A DNA stretch of 64,000 nucleotides from Lama guanicoe (lineage: Eukaryota), in NCBI GenBank assembly GCA_013239625.1, contig MU053881.1:6409957-6473956 (forward strand). Direction: 5' to 3'. Shown piece by piece: positions 53,353-64,000 of the stretch (the first letter of the stretch is position 1; each line of letters begins with the position of its first letter). Below the pieces are notes generated by a model. The model worked only from the letters and a program-made list of their open reading frames with translations. It made no database searches and had not been told where the DNA came from. The position numbers and the translations under genes are program-made.

Positions 53353-55954
53353 CTGTGAAAAAAAATATTCTGTGATCATTTGGACTTTTCAGTAACATAA
53401 TGTGAATCATGTGAAAACAAGTAGTGATGACACGTTATTTGACAAAGTTAATCCCTTTTCCTAACATATGTACTTATTTACATAGTCAGTTTTCCTATAA
53501 GGCTTACTTTGAAAAAGCAAATTTGTTTCAATTCAATTGACATCAGGAGAAAATGTGAGTATAGTGTGAATGCCATGTTTGCTTTTGCATAATTTCATGT
53601 AGGAAAAAACACTAGTTAATACAGAAAACTGCAACCAAGCCAAACGAACCAAGCCATACTCAAAATGCATAAACCTCAAAGATCTACTAGCTATCTCAGT
53701 TCATCTCATGTGTTATCAGCCGCACCCACGCTTTCTGGTGGTTTTTTTCCATCCTTTTTCAGATCACCTTCCTCCCACCACTTACTGATAACTCACAAAA
53801 TGCAACCCTTAGGAAGTCCATTTCTACAACCAACCTTCAGGTCTTCTTCAAGATATAATGTCATATTTATTCTACCATTTAGTATTTCTTAATCATTTAA
53901 CATGTATAAAACTCTACTATGCTTTTTATAAGATGTCTATTTTTTTAAAATATTATATTTCCATAATCCCATTTCTCTAATAAGCTCTGTGGTTTTACTT
54001 TATAACACTGCATAGCAGACTTTTAGGAATGCATGTCATATTCTAGCCAAACTGACTACACACTACCCTGGTTTAACTGGCAGAAAAAATATAAACAGTA
54101 TAATACGATAAAATAAATACATAAATTAAAGAAAGTATGAACAGGAATAGTAAAGTAAAGCCTGGAATAAAATTAATATACCAAAATCACTACAAGTGGG
54201 TAGCAAATTCTGCTGTGAGCTACCAGGGGACTCAGTAACTGAGGTAACAAATACGCCACAAAGTCTATTAGAAAAATGTAAGAAGAAAAAAGGTAAGATT
54301 CTCTTTCTACTTTGGCCCCAAAGGCCAGCATGCCATTTGGGAAAAGAGTAAAGAAAAAGTAAATACTTCAATACTTAATTAAAAATAGCTTTAATGGAAA
54401 CAACTCCAAAATCCAACAACACTTTCAACAGCTGTTCTTGACAACTGTAGTGAGAACCTTCACATAAAAAAAAGTTCTCGTGACTAGCATATTTCAACAT
54501 TAACTTTTATTAACATCAAAATTACACAGTGACATAAATTAAGAAGTAAGATGAAAAAGCACAGATTTTCCTAGCATTAGGAGAAATCTGAAAGAAGTCT
54601 CTCCTTTGGATTACAGTAATATGGTTCTCCTTCAATACATGTAATCTTTTATTTCAATTAACAAAACTTAAGAAAATGACAGTGCCTCCTGAATATAAAA
54701 GAAAATCGGATTTACTTCTATTACTTTTATTTTTAATATCTTGAAAATTTTTAACCTGGAGGGGATGTGAGGAATCCATATGTGGGCAGTAGTAACCTCT
54801 AGGAGGGTAATTTCAAAATAATAAGATGATCAAATAGGAGACAAACCATGCTTCACATCTAAGTTAGGTACCAAAGAGCACACCTTCCCAAACTGCCTGA
54901 GCAAAGGTACTAGCTAATAAGTTTATTATGTAAGGCAAAAAAGAAAAAATTTACTAGACTATATTTTTGTTATTTTAGTTGAATGTTTTACATAAAATAA
55001 TCTCACATTATGCTTACCGCAAGACCTATAATACTGTTCCACTTTAGTAAACAAGTGCCAATTATGAAAAGTAAAACAACAGCAATCTCATCACCACTAG
55101 CCCAAGATAACAAGGAAAAGCCATGCCAAGGAGAAAATGAAATGTTCAGAAAGACACAAGGGAGAATGAAGTAAAGTAAGTGGGAAAAATTCCCAGACAA
55201 AAGGTAATAGAAAGTTGAAAAGCTATATACTAGAGGCTCTTTGAGTGTCAAAAATGCCTATATGACAATAACAACAATATTTAGCATTTATCAAACAAGT
55301 TAGAAAACAGAACTGCTTCCCAGAAAAAAACTCATGTAGCTCTCACAACAATGTGAAGACATTGCTATTATATTACTACTACTATTATTGTTTCTTAGAG
55401 AAAAGAATACGAAGTTCAATTTGTCAAAGTGGCCAAACTGGGACCCTGAGTCAGGTTGTCTTGGTTTATTTGGAGTTTTTGTTTGCTGCTTCCAAATACT
55501 GGCCAAACCATACATTTTAATAATAATTAGTAATTCAAAACTCTTCTAAGTCCAAACTTGTAGACAATCTTTTGTAGTTTATTCTCATTAGAATAACACT
55601 TTAGGCATTACACATTATGGAAATTTAATATGAAATACTTTTTTACTAATTGAAGTCAAGTAAAAAATATGCCACAAAGTCTATCAGAAAACGTACAAAA
55701 AGAATATAAAAGAAAAAGGAAAGATTCACTTTTTACTTTGCTCTCAAAGGCTAACATGTTATTTAGGAAAAAAGTAAAGAGAAGGTAAATACCTTAATAT
55801 TTAACTACAAATGCTTTGATGGAAACAACTTCAAATGCTATGAACACAAAAATTTGAGCTATAATCTATGCTTAGGGAGCTAGCTTATGAAATATTTGGA
55901 GAGAAAGAATACATAGGACAGAAAAAAAAATAACCTACTGTAAGAAGATTAAGA

Positions 55955-56605
55955 TAAGACTTATGAGGAGAAATTGAAACCTTCACACATTGCTAGTGGG
56001 AATGCAAAATGGTACAAGCACTATGAAACACAGTTTGGCAATTTCCTTAGAAGTTAAGCATAAACTTACTCATGACCCAGCAATTCCACTTGTTCGGAAT
56101 CTAGTCCAGAGAAATGAAAACATATGTCCACACAAAGATCTGTAAGTCAATGTTCATTGTAGCATTATTCAGTGGTCAAAAAGCAAAAACAACCCATGCC
56201 CATCAAGTGGTGAATGGATAACAAAAAGTCATTTATCTATATAAAGGAATATTATTCTATAATAAATAAGAATAAAACACTGACACATGCTACATCATGG
56301 ATAAACCTCAAAAACATTTTGCTAAGTGAAAGAAGCTAGATGCAAAAATACCAAACACAGTATGATTTTATGTATATGAAATATCCACAAAAGGTCAATC
56401 TACAGAGGCAGAAAGTATCTTAGAGGCAGGTGGTATGGGAGCAGGACTGACTGTAAATGAGCATGGAAATTCTGGGGGGTGATGGAAATGTTCTAACACT
56501 GAATTGTAATGATATTCACACAACTCTGTAAATTTACGAAAAATCAAATACTGTACCCTTAAAACTATATATGGTATATAAATTGTACCTCAATAAAGCT
56601 GTTTG
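55955..56605 (+). mobile_element. L1MB-type 3' end
   Basis: catgacccagcaattccactt...aattgtacctcaataaagctgttt. Confidence 0.85.
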
Positions 56606-57231
56606 AAAGGAAGTTAAGAAGGAAAGAAAGACATAGCAGGGATGGTAGGAAGGTGGAGGAAGCGTGGGAGGAAGAGAAGGAGAACTGGTTGATTTATATA
56701 GGTAATTAAACTTAAGCTACACTTGTATTTGAATAGACAATTAAAAGGATAACATTTCAGGCTAAAGAAACAACATAAGAAAAAGCACCAAGGCAGAAAT
56801 AACACGGCATAAGGGAAAAACCTTCTGGTACCACTAACAGGCTAGTGCCAATGAAGATATAAGGCTATAAGGATGACATTACAAGCTCATGAATGGACTT
56901 GAATGCTAAGCTGAGGAAATGGTATTTGACTGATAAGTAATAGTAAGTCATTGTTAATTATATTAATAAAAGTAGAAAATAGTGTGCTGAACACAGAGTT
57001 CAGGCAATAGAGTTAAGGCTGGGAAATAATGAGGTATGTAGTCTGGGACTGTATCATGAAAGAATGAGAATTTTGGAGTTGATGTAATAAAGACAATGTG
57101 ACTGTTGAGGCAATCTTCACATTTTCCATTTTAACTGACATGCCAACTATTTATTGACACATGTCAGACAGACATGGCGGAACATTCTAATCTACTTGCA
57201 GATGCAAGAGTAGTAAGCCAAACCCAAGAAA

Positions 57232-57800
57232 CTCACAAAGGAAACTGTGGTACAAGCAGACAATGGCAAACCAGTCAGCGCTAAAAAGAAATTACCTACC
57301 AAGCCATGAAAAGACATGGACAACCTTAAATGCATATTACTAAGTAAAAGAAGCCAATGGGAAACGGCTATACAGTGTATAATTCCAACTACATAACATT
57401 CTGGGAAAGGCAAAACTATAGAAGCAGTAAAAAGATGAATGGTAGCCAGAGATTAGAGGGGAGAGAAGGATGAATAACCAGAGAACACAGGCTTTTTAGG
57501 GCAGTGGGACTGTTCCACATAATACTATAATGGGGGATATGTGTCATTGCACACTAATCCAAATCTAGAGAATGCACAACACCAAGAGTGAACACTAATG
57601 TAAACTATGGACTTTGGGTGGTAATGATGTGTCACTGTACGTTCATCAGTTGTAACAAACGTACCCTCTCTGGTGCAGGATGCTAACAATGGAAGAGGAT
57701 ATACTTGTGTTGGGGCGGAGGCCATAGGGGAATTCTCTGTACATTTTGCTCATTCTTGCTGTGTGAATCTAAAAGTGCTCTAAAAAAATAAAGTCTATTT
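57232..57800 (+). mobile_element. L1MC1/MD-type 3' end
   Basis: aagccatgaaaagacatggacaaccttaaatgcatattactaagt...acaccaagagtgaacactaatgtaaactatggacttt. Confidence 0.85.
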
Positions 57801-58300
57801 AAAATATATGTGTATATAAAGGCCAAATAAACAAAATCACAATATTTTATTGCAGATTTATAATATTGAATCTTTATTTTTAAAATTGTAAATTTCTCTT
57901 TTGCTTTCTTATGCACACAAGTTCATAAGAGCATGGATAAATCCTCCTCTAGGTTTTCTTCAGTGTCATAGTTTTTTTTTGTAGATGATCCTTATCAAGT
58001 TGAGGAGGTTCCTTTCTGTTTGGATGGTTAGAGAAATATCAAATATATGAAGCAAATGACAAATCATTATGTGATTTGGCCATTCAAAAACTGAGCTTAA
58101 AGAACCACCATAATACTTATTTAACTTTTCTGTTACACAAATATGAATCATGTGAGCCTCGAGGTTGGAGAACAGAAATGAGTCAACAGTCTACTTCTAA
58201 TATGAACAAAGATAACAAAAAAAATCCCACCTCAACTATTAGAGCTTTGTCCATATGAAAAGCAAACTCACACACAAATTTTGAAAATACATTACTTCTG

Positions 58301-58843
58301 ACCCCAATGTTCATAGCAGCACTATTTACAATAGCCAAGACATGGAAACAGCCTAAATGTCCATCAACAGATGACTGGATAAAGAAGCTGTGGTATATTT
58401 ATAAAATGGAATACTATTCAGCCATAAAAACTGACAACATAGCACCATTTGCAGCAACATGGACCTTCCTGGAGAACGTCATTCTAAGTGAACTAAGCCA
58501 GAAAGAGAAAGAAAAATACCCTATGAGATTGCTCATATGTGGAATCTAAAAAAAAAAGAACATAAATACAAAACAGAAACACTCATAGACATAGAATACA
58601 AACTTGAGGTTGCCAAGGGGGCGAGGGGTGGGAAGGGACAGACTGGGATTTCAAAATGTAGAATAGATAAACAAGATTATACTGTATAGCACAGGGAAAT
58701 ATATACAAGATCTTGCGGTAGCACACAGCGAAAAAAAATGTGACAATGAATACATGTACGTTCATGTAAAACTGAAAAATTGTGCTCTGTACTGGAATTT
58801 GAAACAACATTGTAAAATGACTATAACTCAATTAAAAAAAAAA
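58301..58843 (+). mobile_element. Young 5'-truncated L1 with perfect 18-bp TSD
   Basis: gaaaatacattacttctg at 58283-58300 and 58844-58861; intact ORF2 C-terminus (ORF 58307..58549 MFIAALFTIAKTWKQPKCPS...LICGI); poly(A) tail. Confidence 0.95.
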
Positions 58844-59044
58844 GAAAATACATTACTTCTGAAAAACATGTTGGTACTTCACAGAATCAATTTTCCAACT
58901 ATACTAAGTTCCAAGCACTGTTTGTCCACAGACACATTATTTTCCTAGTAAGTAGGAATCTGCTTTTGATTCTGTGCACATCTCATGTGCTTTTGATAAC
59001 AGCATCCTGAGAAATACTGGAGAACTGACTTCTTTTTCATCATT

Positions 59045-59290
59045 CAGTTGTATATGAAATTAAGACAATCACTAAGAGCATGGACTCCATAGAAATTGTG
59101 TTAAGTTTGAATCACAGCTCTACTTCTTGCTGGCTATGTGATCTTGGGCAAATTATAGGGCCTATCAGATTTGATTTCCTTACTTACAAAATGAGGATAA
59201 TAGTGCCCACCTCTGAAGTTGGGTAGGTAAAATGAGATAGTACAAATCTTAGTAAATAGTATAGACAATAAAATACTAGTTATTATTATC
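59045..59290 (+). mobile_element. MIR SINE
   Basis: tttgaatcacagctctacttcttgctggctatgtgatcttgggcaaatt...caaaatgaggataatagt. Confidence 0.85.
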
Positions 59291-59490
59291 AAACTAAACA
59301 AATGCTTTTTTGACTACACATTTTTGTGTAACACATCATTATTCATCACTACACATGTAAAGACTTGATCGCTTAGCTCTAAAAAGTGACATAATAAAAT
59401 AACTTGCATGCCTGTTCACAGTTTAGCAAATCTAAAAGGGAAAAATATTTTTAGAGTGCAACTTGATAAAAAGCATAATAAACCACTTAC

Positions 59491-59581
59491 TGATATCTAT
59501 TCTCTGTTCAATTGGCAAAGGATTGACTCTGCTAACAAGTTTTGAAAGACATGTTGCTGCAAGGAGTTGAGCATAGGATGT
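59491..59581 (-). CDS. RANBP17: RANBP17 coding exon (~exon 3), TSYAQLLAATCLSKLVSRVNPLPIEQRIDI
   Basis: Acceptor TTTACAG|ACA, donor ATCA|GTAAGT; 91 nt, phase 0 to 1; lies within ORF 59432..59617. Confidence 0.96.
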
Positions 59582-59869
59582 CTGTAAAGAAAAATAAATT
59601 TTATTTATTATTGTCATAGAATGATTAAAACACTATGGTAGGAATTTTTCTTAAGAAATAATGGGAATTTTTCTGGTTTTCCAAATTGGCAGATTTACAG
59701 TGGATAAAACATATATAAATATATACATACACACACACACACATATATATGTATAAAATCCCTCATAAGGGTTGAGTAGTTGAGGAAGGTGTAGGTAGCC
59801 TTTTCAAGCAACAGCAAGCAATCAAGAAGAAAAAAATGATTATGAACAAGTTCATGTAAAATACACTTA

Positions 59870-60110
59870 CTATGTCTATACAGTCCTGCATGTTCTGGCC
59901 TTTGATTATCTCTTCAAATTTATCTGGTTTCACTCTTCACTATCTTCTGACCACAACAGCCATCTTTCAGTTCCTTTCAATGCCTTTCCCACTCTGACCT
60001 CCCAACTTCTCCAGATGCATGTGGACTGTATTCTCTCTGGCCACCAACTGTCTTAACTAAATAGTGTACTCAATTCTTCAAATTTTGGTTCAGTTATTCA
60101 CCACACTTCC
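59870..60110 (+). mobile_element. L2 fragment
   Basis: Pyrimidine-rich degenerate L2 sequence (tctgaccacaacagccatctttcagttcc). Confidence 0.5.
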
Positions 60111-60156
60111 AGCAATTTCTTGTAAAGACAGTCCTTCTTTCTTTTTTATTCCAGAC

Positions 60157-62511
60157 CAGAAGTCAGCAAACTAAGGCCCATAGACCAAATCTTACCTATT
60201 TTTGCAAGGCTCATGAGCTATGAATGGTTTTTGCTATTTTAAACAGTTGGAGAAAAAATGAAAGTAATACCTTTTGTGACATGAAAATATATGAAATCCA
60301 AATTTCAGTGTTCATAAATAAAGTTTATTAAAACACAGCCACACTCACTTATTTACATATTGTCTATGGCTGCTCTCAGGTTATGACACCAGAGTCAAAC
60401 AGTCAAAACAGTTTGGCACTCACTGCCTCCTACTGCTGCTCAATGTACTAGAAACTGCAGTGATGTACTTTTAACTTCACAGAGCATAAAGTGCCATGAG
60501 AATCACCGTGAAGTGACACGTACCTTTTATTATTACCAGTGCACATCTATCATGTCAAAACAAGAAAAGATAGAAATAGACTTCAAATGTCTAACTCTTA
60601 AGGCACAGCGGAATGTGGATTATTCTGTTATTGAATTAGATAGCAAAGCAATGCGCTTTTTATGCAGTGGCACTAAAGGTGTCCTAAAAGAATTCAATAT
60701 ATGTTGACAACATCAGACTAAGCACTCATGCCAATACTCTTAACTCACAGGAAAACAACAACCAGAAAAAGGAGAAAATTTAAAACAGAATATTTCATAA
60801 TAATGGAATTTCTCCACAAAAATAAAATAAAATAAAGTAAGGTTGCAACCAAAGTTAAGTTTTGATATGACTCATTTGTTAGCCAAGCAAGAAAAGCCAC
60901 TTATCAACAGAGTTAATTAAATCACCATTATTTTATTGCAGTGGCCGAGGTTACAGAGAAAATAAACTTCAGACTCGTAGCCTTTTGGTGAGAACAATGC
61001 CCAGACTACTGAAGACATTGGAGTTACATCAAAAGTCAATTTCAAACAAGGGGAATGATTTGCCTTAGTTCTTGATGAGATGACAGATGAGTTGACAGAT
61101 GTTATGAACATGTACTGCTCACACTGTTACAGATATTAGCTGTTTATTCCAGAAGTCAATACTAAGTTTGAAGTGACCAAAGAATTAATCTCTATGAAGA
61201 GTCTGCATGCAATTACTGGCCAGAATATTTTCAAAGAAGCTGAGAAAACACTAATTCCCTACAACCTGAAACAGTATCTGCCAAAATGTGTCACAAATGG
61301 TGGTAAAAATATATGAAACAGAAATGGTTTAGTTGAATAAATTTACAAAGCTTGTAAAAATGTGTCTAAAGCCTATCAGTTATTCCCTCTATTATTCATT
61401 AGTAGATACTCTGTAGTAAGTATTTGACTCTATCATGTGTTAATGAGTCAGTGGTGCTAACAGTTCAATTCACTTTCATGAATTCATCTTCAGTTCTGGG
61501 AATTTCTGTCAGAAACAGAAGCTGAAAATCCTGATTCGCCCCACCACACAGCTTGGCAGTGGTAAAGTTTTATTGCAATATTTTTTGCTCAGGGCTGAGT
61601 GAAGTTTTTCTGAATAAGAAGAACCATTTTAAACTACTGTTGAATATTAACTGGCTTTTGAAATTAGCTTTTGCCGCAAACTTGATTATGTTTCTCAATG
61701 AATTCAACCTAAAGTTATAAAATTTTCTAAAAGGCAAACAGTGCTTAGTACTTATACGAAACTTACAATGCAACAGTCATTCCAACAACTAACACTGACT
61801 GAATCGCAAGTAATAGTAAGCTGCTTTACACACTTTCCACGCTATCAAATGCTCAAACGAGAAGCAAGAATTCTATTCCTGAGTATATTTTCTGAACTCG
61901 AACTACAGCTCCAGCAGCACTTTTTTTGGACCTTGATGCAATTGCAAAGGAAATCACCATATTTCAAATCTGTTTAACTGAGCAATTGAGGAGCCTCCAC
62001 CTAACCTTCAATTGGAAGTGATTAATCTACCATGTGATGACATCCTAAAAGGCAAATACCAAGCTTTAACAGAATTCAATACATGCCTTCTAAATGATGA
62101 GTATGCTTAATTAAAATCTTATGCTCATGGATTGGCATCAATATTAGGCATTACCTATCTGCATGCGTGAGAAGGCATTTTCAAAGATGAAACTGGTAAG
62201 GTCTCACTACAGATCAGTATTAACATATGATCATTTGCAATCAATGCTAACGATAAGAAACCCTCTGAACCCCAATTAAGCAAAATGTTATCCCCAAAAG
62301 AATAATTCCATCCTTTTCATTAGTAGACTTAATTACAAAAAAAAAAACAACTCGATTATCACGTTAAATTTTATCAATAAACTTTGTGGAAATTTTGTTT
62401 TTTCTCTTCATATAGACATACTTACAGAACATCTTTGATTTTGCCTCTTGGCCCACAGAGTCTGAATTATTTACCATCTGGCCCTTTACAGAAAAAGTTT
62501 GCCAATCTATG
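60157..62511 (+). mobile_element. Near full-length Cheshire-like hAT-Charlie DNA transposon (MER58 ends) with decayed transposase
   Basis: TIRs cagaagtcagcaaact ... agtttgccaatctatg; MER58-like termini; BED-finger remnant in ORF 60513..60707; FALVLDEMTD at ~61058; hATC remnant EKAFSKMKLVRSHYRSVLT at ~62170. Confidence 0.85.
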
Positions 62512-63324
62512 CCACATAGAGCCTATAGTCTCTTACTGCAGCGCATATAGCTCTTTATTTACACCTATGTCTCCCCAACTAAACTATGCATTACTTTAAT
62601 GTATGTACATAAAGCAGGTAGGTAGTAAACAATGCCTGGTTTTACATTTAAATATTTGCTAAATGACTGCTGAATAAATGGCTATGAATCTCTAAAAGGG
62701 AGGCAGGCAAGAAATAGTTAGCATTCCTCTGATTCATTCCTTCACGTTTCAGAGTTAATTACATCCTGTCTCTCCCACCTAGACTTTTTTTTTCAATTCC
62801 AACTTTCTAAAAATGTAACTTCTGCCACTGGTAGAAGATACAAAAAGGGGCCAAGAGGAATCAAGAAACTATTTTGATTCATGCCTATTTCCACCTCCTG
62901 GGCTCTCCCCTAAATTTGCTCTCCAGGTTTTCCAATTCTTTGACAGTGAAATAAACTAGAGTAAAAAGACACGTGATAATGCCTATCAGTTATTAACCTG
63001 CATTGCTAACCTAGATGCATTCATTAACACTGACATATACCTACTGATCTTTCATCGTTAATTGCTGTTATCAAATACTTACTGTTCCTTGTTCTAACAA
63101 AAGTTGACACTTGCTGAGACATTCTGGGCTGTCAATAAGTTCCAGGAGTGCTTTCTCAGCCTCTATTCTTTGTGTAAGATCAGTCCCTATGTAGAGATGA
63201 GTACATAATACTTCCAATTCAGCCAAACTCTTGAGAAGAAAAAAAAATTCACATTTTACTTGAGTGAAAAAAAGAAGGTAAATATATTAATCACAGGAAA
63301 CAAGGGATACAAATATCGTACCTG

Positions 63325-63720
63325 TATTCATCATTTCAATAAATGTTTACTGCGCTACCACTACTTACTAGGGGTCACAGTGGTGAATCAAAAAAGGCAA
63401 CTCTCCTACCTCTAAATTATTTATATTAATTGTTCTGTGATTGAAAAGTAAGAGTATAGAAAAAGGAGGACTTGCCTAATCCAAGGGGTTAGAAAAGACT
63501 TGCCTGAAGTAGAAACATTTATGCTCACCTGAAAGGGTAAGCATAAGAAAAAGACTAGACAGCAGTCCAGGCAAAGAAACAGAATTTACCAGGGCCCAGA
63601 ATGGAGCTTAATCATTTCAAGACATCAGTCAGTCAGTGTGATTGGTAAAAAGACAGCAAGGAGATGCCAAATTAAGCTAAAGAGAAGGGTGGGAGGAATT
63701 ATCAAGTGCAAGTTGCAGAT
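63325..63720 (-). mobile_element. L2 fragment
   Basis: ttcatcatttcaataaatgtttactgcgctaccact...ccaggcaaagaaacag. Confidence 0.65.
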
Positions 63721-64000
63721 GTTATTCCAGTTTACATTCTTTTTCAGATAGTAAGAACTTCTGTGGTTCCGTCTATAAAAAAGAAAAGATATAAATATAC
63801 GTTTATGTGGGTCTTCTAAACCAATGCCTCATAATACTGCAGGTGAACTATGTCACAATTTTCAGGAACTATGACTTGACCTATGTTGCGTATAGCAATG
63901 TAATAACTAGCTATCATGTTGCAGGCTCCTATTTCATGGACACAAAGAATAACCCATTCTATTTATAAATATAATTTCATCTGAAGATATAGGATACATG

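Larger units (their letters stand above)
9763..59581 (-). other. RANBP17: RANBP17 gene, partial (12 internal coding exons; gene continues past both window ends)
   Basis: Exons of 91,167,66,105,166,74,120,147,173,194,106,136 nt sum to 1545 nt (515 codons) and splice in frame with AG/GT ends. The peptide matches RANBP17 as I recall it (NYILNYVASQPKLAPFVIQALIQVIAK) rather than its paralog XPO7 (NYVLNYLATRPKLATFVTQ). Confidence 0.95.

Noticed and set aside
9763..59581. Calling the gene XPO7 or a pseudogene
   Set aside because: Residues fit RANBP17 better than XPO7 as recalled, and all 12 exons are intron-separated, in frame and stop-free
60149..62519. 8-bp TSD for the Cheshire-like element
   Set aside because: The flanks ttccagac and ccacatag do not match, so no TSD is claimed
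1..64000. CRISPR arrays, prokaryotic operons or defence systems, snoRNA or rRNA genes, CpG-island promoter
   Set aside because: None seen; the sequence is intron-rich, CpG-depleted mammalian DNA with no repeat-spacer array or recognisable RNA gene

Overview
This is AT-rich, repeat-dense mammalian genomic DNA lying inside RANBP17 (importin-beta/exportin-7 family), which is transcribed from the minus strand. Twelve internal coding exons (59581 down to 9763; exons 3-14 by recalled human numbering) have canonical AG/GT boundaries and compatible phases. They join into an uninterrupted 1545-nt, 515-codon frame from TSYAQLLAAT to DQLQRTSK. The start codon and 3' half of the gene lie outside the window. 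Two tRNA-derived vic-1-type SINEs indicate a camelid genome. The introns hold L1 fragments of many ages, L2, MIR, an MLT1 LTR and several DNA transposon fossils (MER94, MER82, MER2B and a near full-length Cheshire hAT). I found no new biological system. The best second-look items are a ~113-nt imperfect palindrome in intron 12, a ~155-bp direct repeat that brackets exon 14 and carries splice-site-like ends, a second local duplication in intron 3, two internally deleted L1s that keep their 5'UTR, and a young L1 insertion with a perfect 18-bp TSD. Exon coordinates were counted base by base. Repeat boundaries and subfamily names are by-eye estimates from remembered consensus sequences.
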